A stretch of 64,000 bases of DNA from contig CAXXSL010000011.1 of assembly GCA_963675525.2 (NCBI GenBank), positions 224,001-288,000 on the forward strand, in the 5' to 3' direction. A program made the translations under genes and the position numbers. Shown here piece by piece: positions 40,353 through 50,750 of this stretch. The number at the start of each line of letters is the position of its first letter. Positions within the stretch are counted from its first letter, which is position 1. The notes below the pieces were generated by a model. The model saw only the letters and a program-made list of their open reading frames with translations. It was not told where the DNA came from and made no database searches. The DNA comes from Anaerohalosphaeraceae bacterium (GTDB lineage Bacteria; Planctomycetota; Phycisphaerae; Sedimentisphaerales; Anaerohalosphaeraceae).

Positions 40353-42020
40353 TTACTCAGAATCGTCTTCCAGACCCCCAAAATAACTTTTAACAGACTC
40401 TTCGTAACGCCGGGGAATCTCATTGTTACTGATTGCCTCGGCAGCGTTATCTTTGGCGGCTTGTATCATCTGCTCCAGCTCTTTTGAACTTTCGCCTTTA
40501 ATCTGCTCTCCTTTGAAATACCAGCTGGCAACAATTGGTCCCTGCTGATCCATATTTTTTATCTTGGTTGCTTTCATAACAGTTTGACCTTCGGCGTCTT
40601 TATTGACCGGCCCAAAACCATGCCCCGGACCGCCTGTCCCCGAGCCATACTTGTCCGAATCTCCCGGTTTCCAGGGACCGATGCACCCGGTGCCCTGACA
40701 CATCCCTTTACCAAGACAATTCATCGCATTTTCAATCTCCGCAAGACTGGCCTGCATCATATTGACCTGTTGCTCAAATGCTTCCAAATTATTCAATTGA
40801 GCGGCAAGTTCACTAAACTCATCTGCCAAAAGCCCGCCAGACCCATTACTGCATGCACCCATAGCCTTGGCCAGACCCGAACAACTTTTACATCCTGACT
40901 TACAGGCAGAAAACTTTTGCATCAGTCGCTCAATTTGTTCCGGCGAGAGCGATTGTTTCTCCAGCATTTTCCGTAATTCTTTGGCCGAGAGTTTCGCCAG
41001 CTCTTTATCAAGGCCATACTTGGCAAGTTCATCTTCAAGAAGCTTGTTTTGAGCCGCAATTTGTTCAAGCTGTCTTGAGAGGTTTTCCATTTGTTTGGAA
41101 AGTTGCTGTTTCTGTTCTTCGCTCATCTGGCCCTGTTCCAGCTGCTTTTGAAATTGCTTGATCATATCCTGAGCACGGTTCCAATCTCCTTTTGCCATTG
41201 CCTGTTGCAATTTTTGCGAAAATGATTCAGACATAGGCTTCAACTGGTTGAGCATCTTCTTGGTAATCTCCAGAGATTCTTTGTTCAATCCGGCTTCAAG
41301 CTGTTTGATTTTATCTGAGAGATTCCCCAATTTCTGAATTGCCTGGCGTTTGACAGCTTCCGGATTCTGTTCTGATGACATGGCTGTAAGTGACGCAAGT
41401 TCACTTTCCAAATCATTGTCTCCAAGCTGCTTAACCGCCAGTTTGACTGAACTGGCCGTTAACTCCACCATCTTTTTGGCAGTCGCAATCTCCTGGTTCT
41501 TCCTGGCCTGTTCTTGTTGCTTTTTCAAACTTCCCAGCAGGTCGTACTGAGGCATAAAGGCTATCAGCAAAACTACCGTTAGCCACATGCCCAAAGAATA
41601 GAACCAGTTTTTTGAAAATGAGATTGGAAAGTGCTTCTGGAGGTTGATCACCTTGACCGTCTCTGTTGCTTCCCGGCACGAGGCCTGTGCAAACAAATCC
41701 TCACTGCTCTCAAATACCATTAAGCAGCTCATCCGTTCTTTGAGCCTCAGTTTTTCATCAATTAGGAGAGACGTTTTTTGCTTCGTCGGCAGTTTGATGA
41801 GCCACCACGCCAGCACAATAACACCGCAAATCGCCGATAAACCCAATATTAACTGAGACGTGAACAATTGTACCGCCAGCAGTTTTTCAACTGCGATCCC
41901 CACCAGTACGATGATGCCGGCATAGAACAGAACGCATCTTAAAATATCAATAAGTTTCTTGAGGGCAAGCCTGGCTCGTACTCTATTTAATTTTTGCTTA
42001 ATGCCTCTTTGCATTTTCAA
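40353..42020 (-). CDS. membrane-anchored long coiled-coil protein with Cys/Gly-rich segment
   Basis: N-terminal TMs, ID..L.LKER, Q/K/E-rich coil, C-terminal IPRRYEESVKSYF as seen in MoxR-associated proteins; start 42020 (TTG) or 42014. Confidence 0.8.
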   Translation of the reverse strand: MKMQRGIKQKLNRVRARLALKKLIDILRCVLFYAGIIVLVGIAVEKLLAVQLFTSQLILGLSAICGVIVLAWWLIKLPTKQKTSLLIDEKLRLKERMSCLMVFESSEDLFAQASCREATETVKVINLQKHFPISFSKNWFYSLGMWLTVVLLIAFMPQYDLLGSLKKQQEQARKNQEIATAKKMVELTASSVKLAVKQLGDNDLESELASLTAMSSEQNPEAVKRQAIQKLGNLSDKIKQLEAGLNKESLEITKKMLNQLKPMSESFSQKLQQAMAKGDWNRAQDMIKQFQKQLEQGQMSEEQKQQLSKQMENLSRQLEQIAAQNKLLEDELAKYGLDKELAKLSAKELRKMLEKQSLSPEQIERLMQKFSACKSGCKSCSGLAKAMGACSNGSGGLLADEFSELAAQLNNLEAFEQQVNMMQASLAEIENAMNCLGKGMCQGTGCIGPWKPGDSDKYGSGTGGPGHGFGPVNKDAEGQTVMKATKIKNMDQQGPIVASWYFKGEQIKGESSKELEQMIQAAKDNAAEAISNNEIPRRYEESVKSYFGGLEDDSE

Positions 42021-42048
42021 TACCCCATATGTACAAGGTGCTTATATA

Positions 42049-42077
42049 TAAGACGCTTTACACCCCAATATGTTTCA
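42049..42077 (-). promoter_or_regulatory. ECF sigma-type promoter TGAAAC-N16-CGTC
   Basis: minus strand TGAAACATATTGGGGTGTAAAGCGTCTTA. Confidence 0.65.
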
Positions 42078-42647
42078 AGGTAAACTTTCAGGACAGAACA
42101 AGCGATATTTTAACACTTTTTTCTGGAAATAGAAGACTAAAACTCGATTGTTCACCCTGAGTGTGTAATTGTACTTTTCGATAAGATCAGAATATACAGC
42201 CGTGCTAAAACCAAAATACCAAATAGCTCAAAAATTCCGTGAAGCAGGCACTCATAAACCCTTTGATTTTAAGAACTTAAGGATCTCAAAAATGAAACCG
42301 GTTTTAATAGCCGATTGACATAGGACTAAAAACCTATTTCTGAAGGAATTTGTTTTTTCTTTATCGACTTTTGAGAACTTCAATTGCTTTATCAATGTAG
42401 TCATCAGAAGAGGTGGTTTCCGGCAAAAGTATATCCGGCGTGATTCCCTTTGCCGCCGCGGGTAACATAATACTGATTCGTATGCCTGTGATACGAAATC
42501 GGATTGGATGTCGATCTGCTTCTGGACATAATTCCACCTCATAATAAAGGTTCAAAAGTGTAGTCTAAAGTGTAGCAGATTACTTTTCGAGATTGATGAT
42601 GTTGAAATGATTTCTCACAAACCCATTGATTAAAAGAGCTTGTGAAA

Positions 42648-42722
42648 TCGGGGTGAAAGGATTCGAACCTTCGGCCTCCTGGTCCCAAACCAGGCGCTCT
42701 AGCCAAGCTGAGCTACACCCCG
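42648..42722 (-). tRNA. tRNA-Pro(UGG), CCA not encoded
   Basis: CGGGGTG/CACCCCG acceptor; CCTGG-TTTGGGA-CCAGG; TTGACA-N17-TATTCT promoter upstream. Confidence 0.96.
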
Positions 42723-42791
42723 TATAAAATTGAAGCGGCGAAGAATATCGGATTTCCCCGCATTTGTCAAAATAATACTTAAAAAACCCGG

Positions 42792-43682
42792 TTACTTCGG
42801 TAATAAATGCAATTGCTGCATCCATTGCCGGCAAATCTCCGGCCAGGATGCTGCCGGACCGGTATTGGGCCGCATGCCAAAACCATGACCGCCTTTGAGA
42901 TAGATATGCATCTCCGCCGGCACTTTCGCTTTTCGTAAAGCCTCGTAAAAGCGAACACTATTTTCCGGCAGAACCGACTTATCATCATTGGCGTGAACCA
43001 AGAAAGTCGGTGGCGTCTCAGGCGTAACCTGTTTTTCATTCGACATCAACTCGACAAGTTTAGACTCAGGATTTTCGCCCAGCAGTCTCATTTTAGAGCC
43101 TTTGTGCGTAATCTCGTCCTGCATGGAAATGACCGGGTAGATTAACACCATAAAATCAGGCCGGCATGAAACCGTATCAATTGCATCCGCCCCCTCACCG
43201 GTATCAATCGGTTTTTCGAAATGCGTTCCGGCCGAAGACGCCAAATGCCCGCCGGCGGAAAAGCCGATGATCCCGATTTTGTCGGGGTCGATTTTCCATT
43301 CTTTCGCGTGATAACGAACCAGCCGAATCGCTCGCTGCGCATCCATCAGCGGAACCGGATGTCGATACCCATCACCGGGTAACCGATACTTCAGTACAAA
43401 CGCTGAAACACCGATGCTGTTGAAATACTCGGCGATCTGTTTGCCCTCATGATCCAAAGCAAGATGCCCATACCCGCCACCAGGACAGATCACAATCGCA
43501 CCGTTCTCGGCATTTTCGCACGAAACCGGGTAACATGTCAATGTCGGAATGTCTTTCTCTTCATCGCCCAACGTCATGGGAATCGTGTCTTCCCAAAGCC
43601 GAAGAACCGTTTTTTCCGTTGGTTGTGCATACACTCCGCTGCAAAGTAAAACAAAACAAAACACAATCGCTGTTTTCTTCAT
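42792..43682 (-). CDS. secreted alpha/beta hydrolase (BD-FAE/acetyl esterase-like)
   Basis: signal peptide; CPGGGY, GFSAGGHL, RPDF, PPTFLVHA.DD, GGHGFG. Confidence 0.9.
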   Translation of the reverse strand: MKKTAIVFCFVLLCSGVYAQPTEKTVLRLWEDTIPMTLGDEEKDIPTLTCYPVSCENAENGAIVICPGGGYGHLALDHEGKQIAEYFNSIGVSAFVLKYRLPGDGYRHPVPLMDAQRAIRLVRYHAKEWKIDPDKIGIIGFSAGGHLASSAGTHFEKPIDTGEGADAIDTVSCRPDFMVLIYPVISMQDEITHKGSKMRLLGENPESKLVELMSNEKQVTPETPPTFLVHANDDKSVLPENSVRFYEALRKAKVPAEMHIYLKGGHGFGMRPNTGPAASWPEICRQWMQQLHLLPK

Positions 43683-43694
43683 GGATATCCTTTT

Positions 43695-44627
43695 TTACGG
43701 CGACTCAGTGGATCCATCCAAATCCTGAATTCCGGATATCTGCCTCTCGACGGCAGAAACATCTCGGGCAGGCATATCGACAATACGAACGGGGGCACGA
43801 ACCGGCAGCTCTGTTTGGCGCGAATCCTGCGGGGTTGACTCCATTGCTTCAGGGCTTGCATAGATCGCATTGTGTACAGCCTCTTCGGCAGGCTCAGAGG
43901 TCAGGGGTTTCAGATAAACCGGGCCCTCGCTGTCGGGCTGTTCGGCCCAGATCAGCTTGTTACGTATCAACTCCAGCATCGCCAAAAACAGACCGATCAT
44001 GACCAGTCGATTATGACGTTCTTCAAAAACTCTCTCCAGTGTCATCGGCCCATCAGCCTGCAGGCGATTCAGCAATTCGATCTGATACAGGTCTATCGGC
44101 GTGTCATCCTGAATATGTTTATAGCTGTCGCCCAGATTGCCCACCGACTTCATAATGCCGTCAAACGCCTCCAGCAGCGTCCAGATACTGACCTGATCTA
44201 AATCCAGTTGGGGCTCTTCGGTCGGCTTGATCTTTTCGAGAATATAATCGGAACGAGTAAACCGCTGCTTACGTTCTTCGCCGGCCTCCTGCAGCATATT
44301 GGCCGCGTCTTTGAAGCGTTTGTATTCCAGTAACTGACGCACCAGTTCCGCACGCGGGTCTCCAGCCTCTTCATCGCCCTCTTCCGACGTCTCGGCCTGG
44401 GGCAGCAGCATCACCGACTTGATCTCCATCAGCGTCGCGGCCATCACCAGAAATTCTCCCGCCAGTTCCAGGTCGAACATTTTCAGCAGTTCGACATACT
44501 CAATATACTGGGCCGTAACCTTTGCGATCGGGATATCGTAGATATCCACTTCCTCTTTACGGACCAGATACAATAATAGATCCAGCGGTCCGGCAAAGAT
44601 GTCTAAATTAACACGGTATTGGCTCAT
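43695..44627 (-). CDS. scpA: segregation/condensation protein A
   Basis: F.GPLDLLLYLV, IYDIPIA, AGEFLVMAATL.EIKS..LLP, LLEYKRFK, FLAMLEL. Confidence 0.94.
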   Translation of the reverse strand: MSQYRVNLDIFAGPLDLLLYLVRKEEVDIYDIPIAKVTAQYIEYVELLKMFDLELAGEFLVMAATLMEIKSVMLLPQAETSEEGDEEAGDPRAELVRQLLEYKRFKDAANMLQEAGEERKQRFTRSDYILEKIKPTEEPQLDLDQVSIWTLLEAFDGIMKSVGNLGDSYKHIQDDTPIDLYQIELLNRLQADGPMTLERVFEERHNRLVMIGLFLAMLELIRNKLIWAEQPDSEGPVYLKPLTSEPAEEAVHNAIYASPEAMESTPQDSRQTELPVRAPVRIVDMPARDVSAVERQISGIQDLDGSTESP

Positions 44628-44878
44628 TGGTCGCTTTCAGCATCGTCATCACCCAGTTGGGTCTTTTCGGCAAGAATCTGTTTTGCCTTTTCAACATCCT
44701 TTTCAAATACCTGCAACTCAACGTTAAATGATGTGCTGCTGTACGGTTTGATCGCACCGATTTCTTCGCCGAGCACAACAGAATTGATTCCGGCGTTATC
44801 GAGCGCAAGCTTGGCAAACTCGGCATCAAACCCGTTTTCAAATTCGGCAATCGTCACAAGCTTTTCATTTTCTTTCAT
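44624..44878 (-). CDS. DUF2007 family protein
   Basis: LVTIAEF...AEFAKLAL.NAGI...VELQV...D.EKAKQIL. Confidence 0.8.
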   Translation of the reverse strand: MKENEKLVTIAEFENGFDAEFAKLALDNAGINSVVLGEEIGAIKPYSSTSFNVELQVFEKDVEKAKQILAEKTQLGDDDAESDQ

Positions 44879-45847
44879 TTCGTATCTCTCCCAAACCAAT
44901 CGCGTCACGCACCCGCTTCATGGTCGTTTTAGCAACAGCTCTTGCCTTTTGTGCCCCCTGACTCAGGACCTGTTCGACATAGTCGTGGTCGTTTTCCAGG
45001 TCTTGTCGCTTTTGCCTAAAGGGGCGAAAATAGTCATGCATTAATTCTACCACACGCTTCTTGACCGTGCCATAGCCAATGCCGCCGGAACGATATTTTT
45101 GTTCCCATTCGGCCAGTTCCGCCGGCTCGGAAACCAGTTTCAGGAATGCAAAAATGCTGCATGTATCAGGATCTTTGGGGTCTTCAACGGGCGTAGAATC
45201 GGTCACAATTCGCATGATCTTTTTCTTGACGCTGTTTTCCGGCTCAAATATCTCGATAGCATTATCGTAGCTTTTGCTCATTTTCCTGCCGTCAATACCG
45301 GGGACAACCGCTACAGACTTCAAGATATGCTCATCCGGCAGGACAAATGTCTCGCCATACATATTGTTGAATTTTATCGCGATATCGCGGGTTACCTCGA
45401 TATGCTGCTTCTGGTCAGCTCCCACCGGCACCAGATTGCTGTCAAACATCAGAATATCCGCCGCCTGCAGAACCGGGTAGGCAAACAACCCATGCACCGG
45501 CGATAAACCCTGCGCAACCTTGTCCTTGAAACTGGTACAGCGCTGCAACAGTCCCATCGGCGTTACGCAAGACAGGATCCAAGCCAGTTCGGTCACTTCC
45601 GGCACATCGGACTGACGCCAAAAAACCGTCTTTTCCGGGTCCAGCCCCAATGCCAGATAATCCATCGCCACCCCCAGAATATTCGCTTTGATGGCCTCCG
45701 GTTGCGGATTGGTCGTCAAGGCATGGTAATCCGCAATAAAGTAAAACCCCTCATTTTCTGCCTGCAACTGAAGATGCTGTCGCATCGCACCAAAAAATTT
45801 CCAATATGCAATTTGCCCGTAGGCTGAATTCCTGAAAGTACTCGCAA
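44865..45847 (-). CDS. trpS: tryptophanyl-tRNA synthetase (apparent 1-nt deletion at the A6 run 45792-45797)
   Basis: AGGAGG+TTG gives MRVLSGIQPTGKLHIGNF in another frame; main frame has ADYHALT, YPVLQAADIL, VPVG.DQ.QH, KMSKS. Confidence 0.93.
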
Positions 45848-46158
45848 TATGACCTCCTGAGTTCATTTAATTATAAGTATCGGCAAAGCGTACCATTTTT
45901 GCCTTTCCAAGTCAAGAATTCTCATTTTAAGACCATAGGATCAGCAATCTCCCTATAAAAAAACGAGGTTTTTTATTGTTCCAGCCGTGCGCACATATCC
46001 CTGAGATTTAACAGGCCTATTTCACATTATTGCTCATTTTTTTATTGATTTTCATCAAATAATCCGTATTTTGGCTTTTTTCAAAAGATACCGCACTCTC
46101 AAGCGGAAAAAAACCTGTCCAGTATTCAAAATTCTTATTTATAGAAAGGAAAGGTGTC

Positions 46159-48141
46159 ATGTCAGAAGAAAAAAAAGGAATGGAGTCTCTACAGTCCGAG
46201 GGACGGAAATTCCCCCCACCCGCCAACATCCAATCCAATGCCTGGGTCAACAGCATGGACCAATACCAGCAAATGTGGGATCAATCCATTAATGATCCGG
46301 ATGGTTTCTGGCTGGAACAAGCCAAAACGTTGACCTGGTCCAAAGAACCTACCGAAAGCCTGAAATACACATGGGATACCAAAGCTCGTAAGGTCGAGCA
46401 CACGTGGTTTGCCGACGGGGAATTGAACGTTTCATACAACTGTCTGGATCGCCACCTTGGCACACCGATTGCGAAGAAGAAAGCCATCGTCTGGCAAGGC
46501 GAAGACGACAGTGCCGTAAAAGAATTCACCTACGAAGAATTGCATCAGGAAGTCTGTAAATTCGCCAACGTCATGAAAGCCAAAGGTATCAAGAAAGGCG
46601 ACCGCGTCGCTATTTATATGCCGATGGTTCCGGAGTTGGCAATCGTAATGCTGTCTTGTACTCGTATCGGTGCAATTCACTCGATTATTTTCGGTGGTTT
46701 CAGTGCCGATGCAATTCAGGGCCGTGTTAATGACTCAGACTGCAAAATGCTGATCACCTCCAATGTTTCACTACGTGCGGGCAAGCACATTCCGCTCAAG
46801 AAGATCTCCGATGAAGCCCTGGAAAAATGTCCGACGATTGAAAGCTGTATCGTCACGAAAGTCACCGATGACCCCTGCAACATGAAAGACGGCCGGGACT
46901 TCTGGTATCATGATGTAATGGCGAAAGCCAGTGCAGACTGCCCCGCCGAGCCGATGAATGCCGAAGACCCGCTGTTTATCCTCTATACCTCCGGCTCAAC
47001 CGGCAAACCCAAGGGCGTTGTCCACACAACCGGCGGCTACCTGCTGCATACATCACTGACACACAAAATCATCTTTAACATTCATGAAGATGACATGTAC
47101 TGGTGTACCGCTGATATCGGGTGGGTCACCGGCCACAGTTATATCGTTTACGGTCCGTTGGCCAACGGTGCCACCAGTCTGATGTTTGAAGGCGTGCCGA
47201 CCTATCCGGATGCCGGCCGTTTCTGGCAGATCTGTGATAAATTCGGCGTAACCGTATTCTACACGGCTCCGACTGCCATTCGTGCCCTCATGCGTCTGGG
47301 CGAAGAGTGGGTCATGAAATATAAACTGGATACCATGCGGATTCTCGGTTCGGTGGGTGAACCCATCAACCCGGAAGCCTGGATGTGGTATTATGAAAAA
47401 GTCGGTCGTAAAAAATGTCCGATCGTTGATACCTGGTGGCAGACCGAAACCGGCGGTTTTATGATTACCCCGATGCCGGGTGCGATGACTCTCAAGCCGG
47501 GCAGTGCGTCCCGTCCGTTCTTCGGTGTCGATCCGGTTGTCCTGCGTGACGACAGAAGCGAAGTTGACAGAAACGAAGGCGGCAAGCTGTGTATCCGCAA
47601 GCCCTGGCCCGGTATGATGCGTACAATGTGGGGTGACCACGAGCGCTTTATCGACACCTACTTCACTATGTACAATGACATCTACTTTGCCGGCGATGGT
47701 TGCCGCATTGATGAAGATGGCGATTACTGGCTGATGGGACGCATCGATGACGTCGTGAATGTTTCCGGTCACCGTATCGGTACCGCCGAAGTCGAAAGCG
47801 CACTGGTCAGCCATGACAAGGTTGCCGAAGCCGCTGTTACGCCGGTTCCGCACGAAATTAAGGGACAGGGGTTGTATGCCTACGTCACATTGGTTGACGG
47901 CATCCAGGAAAGCGATGAGCTCAAAAAAGAGTTGATAAAGCACGTTCGCAAGGAGATTGGCCCCATCGCAGCACCGGAAGCCATCCAGTTTGCACCGGCA
48001 CTGCCGAAAACCCGTTCGGGCAAGATCATGCGTCGTATCCTCCGGAAGATTGCCGAAAAAGACACCGGCAACCTGGGCGATATTTCAACGCTGGCCGATC
48101 CGAGCGTCGTCGAACATCTGATCGCCAATCGTGGTCAATAA
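46159..48141 (+). CDS. acs: acetyl-CoA synthetase
   Basis: [45 protein letters not shown]. Confidence 0.96.
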   Translation: MSEEKKGMESLQSEGRKFPPPANIQSNAWVNSMDQYQQMWDQSINDPDGFWLEQAKTLTWSKEPTESLKYTWDTKARKVEHTWFADGELNVSYNCLDRHLGTPIAKKKAIVWQGEDDSAVKEFTYEELHQEVCKFANVMKAKGIKKGDRVAIYMPMVPELAIVMLSCTRIGAIHSIIFGGFSADAIQGRVNDSDCKMLITSNVSLRAGKHIPLKKISDEALEKCPTIESCIVTKVTDDPCNMKDGRDFWYHDVMAKASADCPAEPMNAEDPLFILYTSGSTGKPKGVVHTTGGYLLHTSLTHKIIFNIHEDDMYWCTADIGWVTGHSYIVYGPLANGATSLMFEGVPTYPDAGRFWQICDKFGVTVFYTAPTAIRALMRLGEEWVMKYKLDTMRILGSVGEPINPEAWMWYYEKVGRKKCPIVDTWWQTETGGFMITPMPGAMTLKPGSASRPFFGVDPVVLRDDRSEVDRNEGGKLCIRKPWPGMMRTMWGDHERFIDTYFTMYNDIYFAGDGCRIDEDGDYWLMGRIDDVVNVSGHRIGTAEVESALVSHDKVAEAAVTPVPHEIKGQGLYAYVTLVDGIQESDELKKELIKHVRKEIGPIAAPEAIQFAPALPKTRSGKIMRRILRKIAEKDTGNLGDISTLADPSVVEHLIANRGQ

Positions 48142-48160
48142 TACAGCTTAAACGCAATTT

Positions 48161-48196
48161 GCCGGGTGTGTTTTAATAACATACCCGGCTTTCTTT
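48161..48196 (+). terminator. intrinsic terminator after acs
   Basis: GCCGGGTGTGTT..AACATACCCGGC then TTTCTTT. Confidence 0.65.
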
Positions 48197-48215
48197 GATT
48201 CTGAAAGGAAGCAAC

Positions 48216-49574
48216 ATGTCAGAACAAAAAGTCATGAATCGCTGGTGGGTGGTAGTCGGCGGAATTTTGATTCAGCTTTGTCTTGGGGCCATTTACGCAT
48301 GGAGTGCATTCACGAAACAGCTAACCGACACCGGTTTCACAAAAACCCAAACACAAGTTATTTTTGCGCTGGGCCTGTTGACATTTGCCGTCGTAATGGC
48401 GCTGTTTGCAGGCCGATGGCAAAAAAAAGCAGGACCTCGTATTGTCGCCATCGCAGGTGGCATTGTTCTGGGATTAGGCTACCTGTTGGCAGGCTTTTTC
48501 AGGGACTAATGAAAATCCGAGTTTCTGGGGTATATTGATTGGTGTCGGCCTGCTCGGCGGAGCCGGAATCGGCCTGGGATATGTCTGTCCGATCGCGGCA
48601 CTGGTCAAATGGTTTCCCGACAAGAAGGGACTCATCACGGGATTGGCTGTAGCGGGTTTTGGTTTCGGGGCACTCATCTGGATTAAAATGACCAGTGGCT
48701 TTCAGTTTGGTCCTGTCAATCTGACTCCCGGCTGGGCGGGGTTTCTACGGAATGGGCTGGGGCGTTTGCGAGGTTTTCAAACTATATGGCGTGATGTTTG
48801 CAGTATTAGTGATTATCGGCGCTTTGCTGATGGTCAATCCACCGGAGGGTTGGAAGCCCGCAGGTTGGCAGCCGGACATGAGCAAAGCAGCAACATCCGG
48901 TGGTATCGATTTAACCGAAGGCCAGATGGTTCGCACCTCTCAGTTCTGGATTCTGTTTTTGACATTTACAGCAGGCGGAATGGCGGGGTTGATGGTCATT
49001 GGCATTATCAAACTGTTCGGCATTGATGCGTTGACGGCCAGCGGCATTGAACTAACGAAGGCGAATGTCATTACCGGAACCGCAATGGGATTGTTTTACG
49101 CCTTTTTGAACGGCATCGGACGAATTGTCTGGGGTGCTGTTTCCGACAAAACCGGCCGGAAAAAACGCTATCGTTCTGATGAGTGCGGCACAGGGTGTTA
49201 TGATGATCGTTTTTTACTTTATCGGTGGAAATGAAATCGGTTTGTATATCGGAGCTGCTATCATCGGGTTTAACTTCGGCGGAAATTTCGCCCTGTTTCC
49301 CGCAGCCACCGCAGATTATTTCGGCAATAAAAACGTGGGCACCAATTACCCCTGGGTGTTTATGGCCTATGGCGTCGGCGGTGTCGTTGGCCCCATTCTC
49401 GGCGGAAAAATGGGAGATGCGCAAGCATGGATGTGGGCGTTTATTCCCTGCGGCATCGCTTGTCTGGTCGCAGCCGGGCTTTCCATGATGCTGCGGCCTG
49501 TTGAGATGAGCGGTATTGCTGTCAAACCGAATTCTCCCGAGCCGGAGCTTTCAGCTGAAGCAAAGCCGGAATAA
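48216..49574 (+). CDS. OFA-family MFS transporter, split by three +1 homopolymer indels
   Basis: NRWWVV.GG..IQLCLGAIYAWS, KWFPDKKGL.TG..V.GFG.GA, NG.GR..WG.VSDK.GR, FGGNFALFPA.TADYFG..N.G.NY spread over four ORFs. Confidence 0.88.
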
Positions 49575-49598
49575 CATTTACATGTTTTAAAAAACCAA

Positions 49599-49636
49599 GC
49601 GGCCCGGTGTAAAAACGCCGGGTCGTTTTTATTTTT
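49599..49636 (+). terminator. intrinsic terminator
   Basis: GCGGCCCGGTGT-AAAA-ACGCCGGGTCGT then T-rich. Confidence 0.7.
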
Positions 49637-49665
49637 GTAGAAACCGAACGAACAGGGGTCTTAAA

Positions 49666-50049
49666 ATGACGTTTTGTACCTCAATTAACTGTATGGATGG
49701 CAGAGTCCAACTGCCGGTTATAAACTATTTAATGGAACGGTTTGGAGTGGAGTATGTCGATTCCATTACCGAGCCGGGGCCGGTCAAAATCCTTGCCGAA
49801 CAGACCGACCAGGCCCTGCTGGATTCGATTTTAAAGCGAGTTTCAGTTTCTACCGAGAAACACGGCAGCAAATCGATTGCTATCTGCGCTCACCCTGATT
49901 GTGCGGGGAATCCTGTCGATGATGAGACACAAAAAGACCAACTCCGAAAAGCAACAGAACTTTTAAAAGGCCAATACCCCAACACTGAAGTCCTCACCCT
50001 CTGGCTGGACATCAACTGGGATGTCTACGAGCTATCGTCTATTACTTAA
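49666..50049 (+). CDS. small beta-carbonic-anhydrase-like protein
   Basis: NCMDGRVQ and H.DCAGN Zn ligands; ITEPG. Confidence 0.8.
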   Translation: MTFCTSINCMDGRVQLPVINYLMERFGVEYVDSITEPGPVKILAEQTDQALLDSILKRVSVSTEKHGSKSIAICAHPDCAGNPVDDETQKDQLRKATELLKGQYPNTEVLTLWLDINWDVYELSSIT

Positions 50050-50750
50050 CTTCCCATTTCGCCGAATGCTTGATGAACTTGTTCTGGACGATGATTCCGA
50101 TCACGGTCGGAACGATGATCGCAAACGGGCAAAAACCACTGATAATGGTCCAGAAAAATTAAATCATGCACATAGGTCGTCGGCGGCTCTTTGATATTCG
50201 TTTCGTATTGATGCAGCAGTCCCAGCATCCCGGTTGTCATCAGAGCGCTGCCGCCGAGACTGGTAAACAGCATGACGGAGGCCTTCAGCAGAATAAACGA
50301 GATCAATCCGCCCGCCACCACACCAATGATAACGCCCGCCCAGATATACATCTGTGGCAATCCGCAGGCATACCAGATACCGCCTGTCAAAACACCACCG
50401 GCCGCCGCACCAAGGATCGAGACGCACCACTTCATCAGCGGCACGGAAATGACCGCAAAGACAACCAGTCCGAGAATGCCCCCCCACATCTCCGTGATAA
50501 ACGAAAACGACGTTCCGGCCAGGATTCCTAAAAACATCCCCGCCAGACCGAAACAGATCACCACCAGGACCCGGAAAATCCGCCAGCCGTAAAGCATATA
50601 CACGATCCCTACCGAAATCGCGATGACCGCATGCAGCCAGCTTAGATCCGTGATCTGCTGCCAGATAAAATCCACCGGTACAACATCGACATCCTGTGCC
50701 GAGACCGTCGTTTGGCCACTCATTGTTGCTAATAAGCCCAATGCATTCAT
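50042..50750 (-). CDS. DUF4203/TMEM198-like membrane protein (frameshift near 50123)
   Basis: YGWRIFR, FTSLGGS; alternative frame restores last TM AIIVPTVIGIIVQNKFIKHSAKWEVK*. Confidence 0.75.

Noticed and set aside
45792..45797. Programmed frameshift in trpS
   Set aside because: No stimulatory structure seen; neighbouring genes have similar homopolymer indels, so error is more parsimonious
47053..47943. Long antisense ORFs (also 13792-14751, 55897-56751, 16514-17227)
   Set aside because: Antisense shadows of well-supported GC-rich genes
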